From: Dehalococcoidia bacterium | GTDB taxonomy: Bacteria > Chloroflexota > Dehalococcoidia > Lucifugimonadales > JAGWBF01 | Length of the DNA: 64,000 bases | Direction: 5' to 3' | Assembly: GCA_965197415.1 (NCBI GenBank) | Contig: OZ240207.1 | Coordinates: forward strand, 1,053,046 to 1,117,045 | Notes under the pieces: generated by a model | The model's input: the letters and a program-made list of their open reading frames with translations, nothing else | What the model was told of the DNA's origin: nothing | Databases searched by the model: none | Translations under genes and position numbers: made by a program | Shown here: positions 58,801 to 62,507 of the stretch, one piece after another | Numbering within the stretch: the first letter of the stretch is position 1 | How the letters are laid out: every line of letters starts with the position of its first letter

Positions 58801-59109
58801 GAGGCGCCCTCCAAGCCAACGAGTCTCTCCGCCACGTTCTCACACGACTCTGTGACCCTCACCTGGGACGACCCCGACGACGACAGCATCACCGGCTATG
58901 TGATCCTGCGGCGCGACAAGGACCTTCAACCCGAGGAGGGAACGTTCTTCACCGTCACGTCCGACACCGGCTCTGCGGAGACGACCTTCACCGACGATAC
59001 GGCAGAGCCGGATAAGAGATACGTGTACCGGATCAAGGCGATCAACGAGCACGGGGAGATGAGCGAGATCTCCAGCTGGGTGCGGGCCTACACGCCGGCG
59101 GCGGCGTAG
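37855..59109 (+). CDS. Giant (7,084-aa) exported multidomain protein: FN3, PPC-like domains, kexin-like S8 protease with P-domain, 12 CARDB repeats, about 35 cadherin-like repeats, 'YQW' repeats, 3 C-terminal FN3
   Basis: Single uninterrupted ORF (track 37813-59109). I prefer ATG 37855, which is preceded by GGAGGAAG. Signal peptide MALTNRQRFPVLLILIIAALALFLAGAPARA/QE. Domain strings are listed in the sub-features and findings. Confidence 0.9.
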   Translation: MALTNRQRFPVLLILIIAALALFLAGAPARAQEGSAPDAPTGLTVASVSHDSVELDWDDSGDSSITHYQVFRRDRAVHDAGEFVIIEGDTGSTATEYTDATVEADEEYVYRVKAVNAYGASPWSDHVRADTPTGPGQETVYTYEDGDRTIRVILQGVLVLQETGADTPSDGVVRRAAGGNIVRQQSGDGGADLPVFRSSGGALMTLPGGVLLALDPEWDEAMVNGFFARNNIWKGRVSELDYIPNGFFVRTEPGFPSLELANALAGQKGVLVSSPNWWREVGTRQEPGETDSDGGEAAQEAGGINPRNSGFDEAYNLTLDNPTGYFGSISPANDIDYFKLDLSGETGTTDVRINIHTEIFTFVELYDSDRESLMETYKLTRDPSLLASLPSGVYYVTVRGPGSLFSGITVTGDYRLWAFTVTATNVSLGSSVAASIGSSYSSNYFKLDLSGQTEDTDVSVFTVSDDFAPQIEGPSGSLQGLQNVDALGDRKWVVYWSGDNLSPGVHLFRVHGDGDTGDYTLRVAAVPDHGSTTATAADLNLDAPTSGKLTSATDADYFKLVLPEAKNLAIMAFSNVNPVMFDSGATEIPVNIEIADGGYNAIVDDFASGTHYVKIASTAHIDTTHTDDGTLVSNTSQLRPNTVQMQTSNYAQAFTTGANAAGYALSSVKVVSTDAAGDGFTVAVYTVDGDGHPDTPHALLTTPDSFAAGTLVFTALANATLEPNTTYALVFDVSSSPADVGITLSNDEDSDAAAGWSIANTYYLTGPTGWEPASSTASIRIAIEGAAAPVSYALYAYEDTGYGTWFDGCADDTEDLGISTINDPLYACQWHLKDINVESVWAGSITGAGVNVAVVDDTIDYSHADLSDNINSALNHDYGARSNAYRPAEHHGTNVAGVIAARDNTIGVRGVVPRATIYGHNLLADGQIYATDMNEVDAMSRNRMTTAVSNNSWGPADGFGFDKAPALWGMAIDSGVKEGYAGKGVFYAWAGGNGHQSQDNSNFDEYANYYGVTAVCAVGDDGARAAYSERGANLWVCAPSDGGYRSIVTTENSDRYTNTFGGTSSATPKVAGVAALLRHANPDLTWRDLKLILAGSARKNDPTNTGWRNGARKYGSTDSADRYHFNHGYGFGVVDAAAAVALAQDWSTLPEFKNASSASGTLNSTIPEYPASGITSSLSLDTEMDFTEFVEVTVTIDHPFWRDLRIELVSPTGTVSTLALPLHSTGTIPGSDSTFSPGTFRFGSAKHLGEDPNGTWTLRVADELASDQGTLTSWSIKVYGHRGIPDLVVESPSVSDSSLLTGASFTLRATVRNQGGSEAASSTLTYYRSTDDTIDTNDSSVGTDPVSGLAVAGTSAESIDLTAPSTTGTYYYGACVDAVTNESDTTNNCSAAVAVTVVGPPDLVVVTPTVTDSSPLTGASFTLRATVRNQGGSEAASSTLTYYRSTDDTIDTNDSSVGTDPVSGLAVAGTSAESIDLTAPSTTGTYYYGACVDAVTNESDTTNNCSAAVAVTVVGPPDLVVVTPTVTDSSPLTGASFTLRATVRNQGGSEAAASTLRYYRSTNATIDTNDSSVGTDPVSGLAAAGTSAESINLTAPSTAGTYYYGACVSTVTNESATGNNCSTAVRVTVVRRPDLVVGTPTVSDSSLLTGASFTLRATVRNQGGSEAAASTLRYYRSTNATIDTNDSSVGTDTVSSLSAGASSAQSTSVIAPATAGTYYYGACVSTVTNESATGNNCSAAVRVTVVGPPDLVVVTPTVSDSSPLTGASFTLRATVRNHGGAAAGSTILTYYRSSDATIATNDTSVGTDTVSSLSAGNTSAQSTSVTAPATAGTYYYGACVRAVADESDTTNNCSTAVAATVVAPPDLVVVTPTVSDSSLLTGASFTLRATVSNQGGSEAAASTLRYYRSSNATIDTNDSSVGTDTVSSLSAGNTSVQSTSVTAPSTAGTYYYGACVFPVADESATGNNCSAAVRVTVVGPPDLVVVTPSVSDSSPLTGASFDLSATVRNQGGSAASSTTLRYYRSTDSTISSSDTPAGTDSVSGLGAGNTSAESIRLTAPATAGTYYYGACVSTVTNESATGNNCSAAVRVTVTSPDLVVDPPTVSDSSLLTGASFTLSATVRNQGNGAAGSSTLRYYGSSDATITTSDTYLGMDPVIGLGAGADSPESISVIAPSTAGTYYYGACVNTVTNESAAGNNCSTAVRVTVVGPPDLVVVTPTVSDSSPLTGASFTLRATVRNQGGAAAGSTTLRYYRSTDSTISSSDTPAGTDSVSSLGAGASSAQSIRLTAPATTGTYYYGACVGTVSGESATTNNCSAAVTVTVTAPDLVVEAPTVSDSSPLTGASFTLRATVRNQGGAAAGSTTLRYYRSTDSTISSSDTPAGTDSVSSLGAGNTSAESISLAAPATAGTYYYGACVGTVTNESDTANNCSAAVRVTVVAPPDLVVGTPTVSNSNPAAGMALTLNAMVRNQGGSTAGSTTLTYYRSTNPTIATNDTSVGTDPVSGLGAGSTSAQSTSVTAPATAGTYYYGACVGRVTNESDTTNNCSVAVAVTVGAAPAPDLVVEAPSVSDSSPLTGASFTLRATVRNLGSGAAGSSTLRYYRSSDATISTSDTLEPSTAAVGVLRPGATVTQAIPLTAPFTTGTYYYYACVDMVTDESNTGNNCSAPVAVTVGVAPVFSEGAGTERSVAENTVSGMNVGPAVTATDADNDTLTYSLEGTDADSFSIMSTRGQIQTSAELNHEARPSYSVTVRADDGKGGRATIGVTIRVTDVNEPPTVDGEDHLTIFENDDLIASYSASDPEGVASTFTWSVAGTDRGDFNIDRNTGELTFRNTPNYESPADSNRDNVYVFTVRATDEGGLSGSLEVTATVANVDEPPTITGSATPPDFPENGVRSVATYQATDPEERTIAWGLSGTDSDDFNINEGVLTFANIPDFEKPTDSGGNNVYNVVVQASDDSIPPNTATLQVTVTVINAAGVEEPSITTSRPSLTLQENGTGTIFTFRARDPQGRPIAWSLTGADESNFTISDGALTFNDSPNFEDPADANGDNVYELTVVVTDEQGLTDSFEFTVTVTNHHENREPAITTSPSSGLTYQKLNHQENRTSTVHTYRARNYGPGSISWTLRGADFSFFDISPQGALTFKNAPNYETLGSSDGDNDYEIAVVASNSGGYSDELNVVITVTDVNEGPEISRVGSAPGSVPENQDRNQVLSRYTATDPENPSADITRWSTSGSDGGDFVISEQGELRFRNTPDFERPADSNRDNEYVFTVRAYDGRYYGSFDVTVTVTDVNEPPTITTTGSSATALRQNENVTSRLYTYRATDPEGADTVTWSVVGVDKDFFTIDERGQFSFKEENAPDFEDPADSDRNNVYNVVVQATDDDNNTAPLDVTVTVREVNEGPEVTSGSPSFTISENQDLPNAVYTGFDPEGGTVTRWTVGGTDGGDFIITDTSAQTGQNSAELTFRNTPDFERPADSNRDSVYEVTVRPYDGRYYGSFDVTVTVTDVNEPPTITTTGSSATALRQNENVTSRLYTYRATDPEGADTVTWSVEGVDKDFFTIDERGQFSFKEENAPDFEDPADSDRNNVYNVVVQATDDDNNTAPLDVTVTVREVNEGPEVTSGSPSFTISENQDLPNAVYTGFDPEGGTVTRWTVGGTDGGDFIITDTSAQTGQNSAELTFRNTPDFERPADSNRDSVYEVTVRPYDGRYYGSFDVTVTVTDVNEPPTITTTSSSATALRQNENVTSRLYTYRATDPEGADTVTWSVEGVDKDFFTIDERGQFSFKEENAPDFEDPADSDRNNVYNVVVQATDDDNNTAPLDVTVTVREVNEGPEVTSGSPSFTISENQDLPNAVYTGFDPEGGTVTRWTVGGTDGGDFIITDTSAQTGQNSAELTFRNTPDFERPADSNRDSVYEVTVRPYDGRYYGSFDVTVTVTDVNEPPTITTTSSSATALRQNENVTSRLYTYRATDPEGADTVTWSVEGVDKDFFTIDERGQFSFKEENAPNFEDPADSDRNNVYNVVVQATDDDNNTAPLDVTVTVANDAEGEEPTITTRRPPATYRENDTRTVYTFRASDPQRGATITWTLEGTDREDFTITADSSGRGVLAFISPPDYENPEDSDRGSDYELTVIATDEDSHVDRLSFTIIVTEVDEGPEVSGPSSFSINENESLPDAVYTARDPEGSNVARWSVGGRDGGDFFITQGGTLYFRSPPDYERPADSDRDNVYEVTIQPSDGRNNGAYPVTVTVGNVNEPPEIRSGSKTSFMQPENRTSRLHTYSAADPEGGTVTWAVVGPDAGLFTIDERGQFSFREENPPDFDNPGDVGKDNVYDVTIQARDPQSKTASLPVTVTVTEVNEGPVITRDGDLFGSPPGSVPENTPVTQVLATYTATDPERPSVKITRWSTSGRDGGDFVINALGELMFRNPPDHERPADSNRDNVYEVTVRASDGRNTGTLEEVQRVTVTGVDEAPTITTTSRTSFTQPEDRTSTLYTFRATDPEGEAVTWVPGGTDGSAFTIDERGALSFTNQPDFESPTDSGGDNVYEVTIQASDGRNRDTLDVTVTVTDHNDGVEPTISTRRPPATYRENDTRAVYTFRASDPQRGATITWKLEGTDREDFTLDTDSRGRAVLAFRNSPDFESPADADQDNVYELAVVATDEEGNSDRLDFAIIVTDHNEGVEPTISTRRPPATYRENDTGPVYTFRASDPQRGTTINWTLEGTDAEDFTLTADDSGRGALAFRNLPDFENPVDAGQDNVYELAVVAADNDGNSDRVDFAITVTDVNEGPVITLEGTATTSVPENTADTKVLADYTATDPEDPTANIFRWSTAGRDGGDFVISDLGELRFRSSPDYERPADSDRNNVYELTVRAYDGRVYGAHDVTVTVTQVNEAPVITTKSRTEFTLRENFTAVLYTYRATDQDEDDAVTWSVKGADGGDFAIYKGILNFRLLPDLENPADADEDNVYEITVVAADRAGLRDTVDAVITITDQSEGPVIAGPISYTVAESYDIAGVLGSYTATDAKDNRPVHPRWSLSGRDGGDFTINEDGELTFRNIPDYDRPADANRDSVYEVTVRGHDSRAYGNLNVTVTVTDVNEHDPVVTGRETLSFRENTAVETRLHTYRATDGDRDTSFIWSLEGDDEDDFAIDQGGVLTFSAPPDYEGPADKDNDSVYRVTVVASDDGAKRGTLGVTVTVTEQNEGPVVSGTPEFTVVENQHLPRSAIYTARDPEAVGGVATTIRWSVSGRDGGDFTIHRDTGVLTFRTPPDHERPADADRNNVYEVTVRAHDGRNYGNFQVTVTVEDVAEITGPAAITRTENFKGDLATYSPAGQGDLAVEPSWRLTGADSGDFTIDRESGELTFRSTPDHERPADSNRDNVYNFTVQVSDGSYHGTLDVIVTVDAVNEPPVVTGRDSLSFRENTPVTTHLHTYRATDPEGDDFAWDLGGLDASDFTITTDSSGRGVLTFASPPNFDIPSGSGAHVNEYLVTVVASDGTNRGTLDVTVTVTDQNEGAVVTGDQTIAVRENQDPAVTLATYSATDPENQPITRWSLSGSDGGDFLISPTGELTFRNMPDYDRPADSNRDNEYMVTVRAYDGRTYGSLDVTITVSNVNEHAPVIRKGSRTSFTYREEGTAALYTYRATDGDKDDTITWTTKGTDSGDFTINGDTGELTFRTPPDHEQPADAGQDNVYNLTVVATDIGRLTDSLDVIVTVTAVDEGPKVTGMTTYTVPEGQELAGARFTAQDPEDASAAVSSWRLAGSDAGDFTITGADQNSAQLAFRNPPDYDRPADSNRDNEYLVTIRAYNGNTYGSLDVTVTVTDENEAAPVVTGRDTLTFRENTPVTTRLYTYRATDTDRDTEITWSVEGDDGNNFAIEEGVLTFSAPPDYEVPTDSDGNNVYQVMVVASDSTKRGTLDVIVTVTDVNEGPVIEVTSANTDITAEENTATDRVLATYAATDPEDPDLEITRWSVTGRDGGDFTINEDGELTFRNPPDHERPADSGRDNMYEVTVRASDGRVYGAHDVTVTVEAVDEAPEFRSGSRDSFSYRENGTAALYTYRATDPEGAEVAWSVSGADGGAFTIDRNTGVLNFREPPDHDDPADDGRDNEYLVTVVATDQTGRAASLPVTVTVTDVNEGPEIAETGTNTAITVDENYDQVLATYSATDPEDPTAKITRWSVTGRDGGDFTISESGELSFRNPPDSERPADANRDSVYDVTVRASDGRYYGTLDVVVTVEAVDEAPEFQRNTQDSFVYPENGASAIYTYRASDPEGSDVTWGLSGTDSGAFSIGKTGVLTFNSPPDYEDPADRDDDNVYQVVVQASDDSSPRNTASLDVTVTVTNLTDARAVIRGTAQVGRTLTAETSGIPDEDRRDRVDFSYQWLADDKDIEGATDPTYEITERDEGKAIKVRVTFTDNAGKEETLTSAATAPVKPAQSNEPAAGLPTISGTAQVGETLTADTSGISDADGMTNAVFRYQWTRWDGDTDEDIEGATDPTYEVSDEDEGKTIRLRVGFSDDRGNDEALTSAATGAVAARPAQLTATFPASPFQSSRHKGDDDRPQVIVAFNLPVQSFDKTTPSVSLTGATVSSLVRHEEDGLENAWVFFLDPEGNDVVVFTLVAGQSCDGGGICTGEGKMLSEGGTITLPGPDEEDKPDNTDSNEPNSPATGLPTINGTAQVGETLTADTSGIIDADGLSNVQYEYQWLADDAEVAGATGSTYTLTDSEESKTVKVQVSFTDDADNEELLTSAATGAVAGAQPTEPPTKPSGLSATASHDSVTLTWDDPGDDTITGYVILRRIPGVDPEGQFDELVADTGTAATTYTDDTVSAETRYTYRIKAINEHGVSERSRWVHIDTPVAPAPEEEQAAEPPAKATGLSSEVSHNMVILTWDDPNDDSITGYLILRRDKDIHEEGTFLTVAPDTGSSETTYVDASVEPERRYVYRIKAINASGVSEIFSWVRAYTPAVPDPAPEAPSKPTSLSATFSHDSVTLTWDDPDDDSITGYVILRRDKDLQPEEGTFFTVTSDTGSAETTFTDDTAEPDKRYVYRIKAINEHGEMSEISSWVRAYTPAAA
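40321..41700 (+). other. Subtilisin/kexin-like S8 peptidase domain followed by a proprotein-convertase P-domain (inside the giant ORF)
   Basis: Catalytic triad contexts: GVNVAVVDDTIDYSH (Asp), EHHGTNVAGVIAA (His), FGGTSSATPKVAGVAALL (Ser), plus the oxyanion-region NNSWGP. P-domain: FVEVTVTIDHPFWRDLRIELVSPTGTVSTL..NGTWTLRVADELASDQGTLTSWSIKVYG. Confidence 0.8.
41707..45884 (+). repeat. Twelve tandem ~348-bp (116-aa) CARDB-like coding repeats
   Basis: Unit: PDLVV..P.VSDSS.LTGASFTLRATVRNQGG..A.S.TL.YYRS.D.TI...D..VGTD.V..L.AG..S...I.LTAP...GTYYYGACV..V..ES...NNCS.AV.VTV. I count 12 PDLVV starts. Copies 1 and 2 are identical over about 350 nt (roughly 41760-42110 vs 42108-42460). Confidence 0.85.
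45885..56915 (+). repeat. About 35 tandem cadherin-like coding repeats (~105 aa each)
   Basis: Recurrent unit: ..E N....V..Y.A.DPE......W.L.G.D...F.I...G.L.F...PD(F/Y)E.P.D....DN.Y.V.V.A.D......L.V.VTV.DVNE.P. I count about 35 DVNE/VDE-type domain ends. Confidence 0.8.
47690..49985 (+). repeat. Near-identical 648-bp tandem duplication (two cadherin domains per unit), about 3.5 copies
   Basis: The string GACGTGACCG recurs at 47713, 48361, 49009 and 49657, an exact 648-nt period. Copies differ by only a few substitutions (for example GGTAGGGGTG vs GGAGGGAGTG, and GACAGGCAGC vs GACAAGCAGC). The track shows identical shadow ORFs at 48135, 48783 and 49431. Confidence 0.9.
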
Positions 59110-59179
59110 CCGGTAGCGAGGACTGCGACGCCGAGGGAGCCGTCTGCACGAGAGGCGGCAGAAAGCTGTCCAACGAGTT

Positions 59180-59205
59180 GGCGCCGACCGTCAGGGGTCG
59201 GCGCC
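59180..59205 (+). terminator. Perfect 10-bp stem hairpin downstream of the giant gene, possibly an I-shaped terminator with no U tract
   Basis: GGCGCCGACC (59180-59189), loop GTCAGG, GGTCGGCGCC (59196-59205), 71 nt after the stop codon. Confidence 0.4.
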
Positions 59206-59211
59206 GGTAGA

Positions 59212-59291
59212 GGGCAACAAAAAAGCCCGCACACATGGATAGAGCGGGGGAGGCCGCCGTCCTGCGGCAAAGCGGAGCCGTGGCCTCCCCC
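59212..59291. repeat. Copy A of a ~75-80-nt structured intergenic element (A-tract plus two hairpins)
   Basis: GGGCAACAAAAAAGCCCGCACACATGGATAGAGCGGGGGAGGCCGCCGTCCTGCGGC..GGCCTCCCCC. It aligns with copy B at 61188-61261. A 10-bp stem GGGGGAGGCC/GGCCTCCCCC is present. Read on the minus strand, the small hairpin CCCGC..GCGGG is followed by T6. Confidence 0.6.
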
Positions 59292-59401
59292 AAGGCTCCG
59301 GGTTGGACCGACTGCGGGCGCTTGCGCCCCGCACGCCGTCCCGCCTGGGCATCGCAGTTGGAGAGAGATCGCAGCCGTCCTGCGGAAGGACAGGCGATTC
59401 C

Positions 59402-59647
59402 ATGCCTCGACAGCGCATCCACCATAGCAGAGTGACCTACCAGGTCCCCCACGACTTCCCGGAGCGCTTGGAGCGGTTCAAGGAGGAGTCGGACCTGTCG
59501 TGGGCGGAGATTGCACGCCGTCTCGACGTCCACCACGAGACGCTGCGGCGCTGGAGGAAGGGACGGGCTCGTCCCAGTATGCGGAACATGATGGCGCTGG
59601 TGGCCCTGGCGAGACCCCTGGGCCTAGCCCACCTGTTCACCGACTAG
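59402..59647 (+). CDS. Small helix-turn-helix protein
   Basis: The track ORF starts at 59303. I prefer the internal ATG 59402 (MPRQRIHHSRV..), because the upstream part is Arg/Pro/Ser junk. HTH string: LSWAEIARRLDVHHETLRRWRKGRARPSMRNMMALV. Confidence 0.6.
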   Translation: MPRQRIHHSRVTYQVPHDFPERLERFKEESDLSWAEIARRLDVHHETLRRWRKGRARPSMRNMMALVALARPLGLAHLFTD

Positions 59648-59966
59648 CGAGTCGGCGCTCCGGCGAGCGCCTGCGACCGCAGAGCCGGAAACGCAAAGAG
59701 AGCGTCACACATGGCCGGGCCTCTCCCCATCCGCACCCGTCACCCCGGCGTTGCCTTACGGGAGCGGCTGCATCATCATAGAGGCATCGTTGGCGGCAGT
59801 CCCGTAGGAGAGAGGCCGCGAGGGGACGGCCCGGCGCGGAGTCTCGCCGGTGAAGGCTGGCTCGAGTCCGGGCAGCAGGGCGCAGCCTGCGCCATCCAGG
59901 GCCTCCGTCCGCGCAACGAGGGACCCGCCCGGTAGAGAGAACGCCAGGACATACGGGAGGAGCGTC

Positions 59967-61118
59967 ATGAACGAGGAGCATGACGGGACGGACCAGGGGA
60001 AGCCATCGGAGGAAGAGTACGAAAGGTTCCGCAGGATGATGGACGGCATGGGCCGCGAGGGCATCCGGCGCATGGTCCAGCATCTGACGGAGAGGATCGA
60101 GGCGGACCCCCGCGACGCCGAAGCCCTGGGCGGCAGGGGGCTGGCGTACGCCGAGCTGGGGGAGCACCGCCTTGCGGCGGAGGACTACGGCAGGGTTATT
60201 GCCCTGGACCCCGGCAACGCGGGCGCCCACCTCGGCAGGGCGCGCGCCTACTCCGCTATGGAGGACCACCGCCTAGCGGTGGAGGACTACGACGCCGCCA
60301 TCCGCCTGGCCCCCGGCGACGCGGTGGCGCACTACAGCCGGGGGGCGTGCAAGGCGGAGCTGGGCGACCTGGCCGGGGCGATGAGCGACTTCGACGTGGC
60401 CGTCACCATGGCCCCCGGCGACGCCGACGCCCACTACAACAGGGGATTGACCCAGGTGGCGATGGGCAAGCGCCACCGGGCGGTGAAGGACCTGAGCAGG
60501 GCCATAGACTTGAACCCCAACCTAGCCGACGCCCACTACCACAGGGGCATGGCCTACCGCGACATGGGCCGGATGGACAGGGCGGTCAGGGACTTCGGCG
60601 CCGCCATCGAGATCGAAGAGAGGTACGGCCTCGCCTACTACGCCAGGGGGATCACCAACGTCAACCTGGGAGCGCACGAGGCCGCGCTGGGCGACTTCGA
60701 CGCCGTGCTGGGGCTCGACCCCGACAACGCCCCGGCGCTCCGGGGCAGGGGCATCGCCCTGGGCAGCCTGGGCCGCTACGACGAGGCGGTCGGAGACTTC
60801 GACCGGTCCCTGGAGCTTAACCCCGGCAACGCCGAGGCCCTGGCGGCCCGGGGGCTGGCCCACAGCAGCCTGGAGCGGCACGAGCTGGCGATAGAGGACT
60901 ACGGCAGGGTCCTGGACATCGACCCCCGGAACACGAACGTCCTCTACAGCCGGGGGATCGCCCGGATGTACGAGGCCCGGTTCGAGAGCGCCGTCGAGGA
61001 CTTCGATGCGATCCTCGGCATCGAGCCGGGGCACGCCGCGGCGCGGGGGGCGAGGGAGTTGGCCCGCGAGACGCTGGAGATGCGGGGCGGCGCGGGCGAG
61101 GGGCAGGCGGCGCGGTAG
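59967..61118 (+). CDS. Tetratricopeptide-repeat protein (about 9-10 TPRs)
   Basis: The track ORF starts at 59850. ATG 59967 has GGGAGGAG upstream (MNEEHDGTDQGK..). Regular 34-aa repeats follow, of the type A.A...RG.AY..LG....A..D(Y/F)..A(I/L).L.P. Confidence 0.85.
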   Translation: MNEEHDGTDQGKPSEEEYERFRRMMDGMGREGIRRMVQHLTERIEADPRDAEALGGRGLAYAELGEHRLAAEDYGRVIALDPGNAGAHLGRARAYSAMEDHRLAVEDYDAAIRLAPGDAVAHYSRGACKAELGDLAGAMSDFDVAVTMAPGDADAHYNRGLTQVAMGKRHRAVKDLSRAIDLNPNLADAHYHRGMAYRDMGRMDRAVRDFGAAIEIEERYGLAYYARGITNVNLGAHEAALGDFDAVLGLDPDNAPALRGRGIALGSLGRYDEAVGDFDRSLELNPGNAEALAARGLAHSSLERHELAIEDYGRVLDIDPRNTNVLYSRGIARMYEARFESAVEDFDAILGIEPGHAAARGARELARETLEMRGGAGEGQAAR

Positions 61119-61187
61119 CGCCGCCGCGCGGACGTGAGCGCCCGCTGCCCCCACTTCAGGGGTATCGAGAGGCCGGGCGCTGATTTC

Positions 61188-61261
61188 GGGCAACAAAAAA
61201 AGGCGGCATACATGAGAAGCAGGGGGGGAGACCGCCGTCGATGCGGCGACGGCCTCCCCCC
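61188..61261. repeat. Copy B of the structured intergenic element; on the minus strand it reads as hairpins followed by T7 (terminator-like for the 4xHTH gene)
   Basis: GGGCAACAAAAAAAGGCGGCATACATGAGAAGCAGGGGGGGAGACCGCCGTCGATGCGGCGACGGCCTCCCCCC. It lies between convergent genes (stops at 61118 and 61308). A further 12-bp stem GCGACGGCCCGG/CCGGGCCGTCGC lies at 61265-61297. Confidence 0.55.
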
Positions 61262-61307
61262 TGAGCGACGGCCCGGTGTCTTGCGCCGGGCCGTCGCCCA
61301 CGCCTCA

Positions 61308-62411
61308 CTATGCGGCTGCCGGTTCCGGCTGCTTGAGCATGGCGGAGTAGCCGGGCATCAGGACGGGCGTCATCGACAACCGGCCCGCGCCGTCGTACCC
61401 GGCGCGGTAGGCGAACTCCGCCTTCGCGCCCCAGGGCACCCGGCCGCCGACCCGAATGGAGCCGCCGCCGGACTTGGCGCCGCGCCCGGGGCCACCCGCG
61501 CCGCGAACGACCATCCCGCTCCGCTCGCCCTTCCGCCAGCCCAGCACCTTCACCTCGGCGGGCATGACCCGCTCCGCCTTCGTGGGTTGGAACAGGACGC
61601 CGTGCAGCCTCTTCAGAACGTCCGGCGACAGGTTGTTCCTGCCGTTCATGATCTGAGAGAGATTGGAGGAGCTGATGCCGGCGCGCCGGGCGACCTCGTT
61701 CTGGCTGAAGCCGTGGGCGTTCATCCGGTCCCACACGGCCTCCCGGTCGATGCAGGCAGGCTGCGCGGGCGCGACCTTCGCCGGAGCCTCCAGCGCCGAC
61801 TCCATCCTGGCCTGGACCTTCACACCCATGTTGCTATGACCCCGCGCCACCATTGACATGTAGCTGTAGGAGACGCCCACGCGGTCGGCCAGGTCCCGCA
61901 GGCTCATGCCCAACTCCCTGGCCCGCTCCCGGATGTAGCTGCTCTCCCCGGCCACGACGACGCCCTGGCGGTTGGCGCACTTGGCGGGCGCGACCTTCGC
62001 CGGACCGTGCAACGCCGACTCGACCCTGGCCTGGACCTTGACGCCCATGTTCTGGCGGCCACGGGCAACCTGCGTCATGTAGCTGTAGGACACGCCAACG
62101 CGGTCGGCCAGGTCATGCATGGTCATGCCCAGGGTGCGTGCGCGCTCCCTGATGAAGCTGCTCTCGCCGGTCACGACGCCGCCCTGGCGGTAGACGGTCC
62201 CCTGACCGGGGACCTCTCCCAGCACCGCCACGACCTTCTCCCGCATCTTGGGAGTCCACGGCCTTTTCCCGTTCGCAATCTGCGAAAGGTAGCCAACAGA
62301 CACGTCCATCAGCGCCGCAAGCTCCTTCATGGTGATCCCGCGCCGCCTCGCCGCAGCCCTGAGCTCGCTCTCCGCCGTCCTGGTTCCGGTTGCCATCGTT
62401 GCCGTAGTCAT
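61308..62411 (-). CDS. Protein with four tandem Xre/Cro-type HTH domains plus a Gly/Arg-rich C-terminal region
   Basis: 367 aa. The four HTH units are ITMKELAALMDVSVGYLSQIANGKR; MTMHDLADRVGVSYSYMTQVARGRQ; MSLRDLADRVGVSYSYMSMVARGHS; FSQNEVARRAGISSSNLSQIMNGRN. Units 2 and 3 are near-duplicates. GGAGGA RBS. Confidence 0.85.
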   Translation of the reverse strand: MTTATMATGTRTAESELRAAARRRGITMKELAALMDVSVGYLSQIANGKRPWTPKMREKVVAVLGEVPGQGTVYRQGGVVTGESSFIRERARTLGMTMHDLADRVGVSYSYMTQVARGRQNMGVKVQARVESALHGPAKVAPAKCANRQGVVVAGESSYIRERARELGMSLRDLADRVGVSYSYMSMVARGHSNMGVKVQARMESALEAPAKVAPAQPACIDREAVWDRMNAHGFSQNEVARRAGISSSNLSQIMNGRNNLSPDVLKRLHGVLFQPTKAERVMPAEVKVLGWRKGERSGMVVRGAGGPGRGAKSGGGSIRVGGRVPWGAKAEFAYRAGYDGAGRLSMTPVLMPGYSAMLKQPEPAAA

Positions 62412-62467
62412 CGGTCAGTCCTCCTTCTGTTGTGTTGTGTTGCCTTTGGCCTGCGCCCGCTTGCGGG

Positions 62468-62507
62468 CAAAGAAGAAGGGCCGCCCCCGGCGAACGAGGA
62501 CGGCCCT
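62468..62507 (-). terminator. Minus-strand hairpin plus T-rich tail, located in the leader of the 4xHTH gene
   Basis: AGGGCCG (62477-62483) pairs with CGGCCCT (62501-62507). On the minus strand the hairpin is followed by TCTTCTTTG. Confidence 0.3.
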
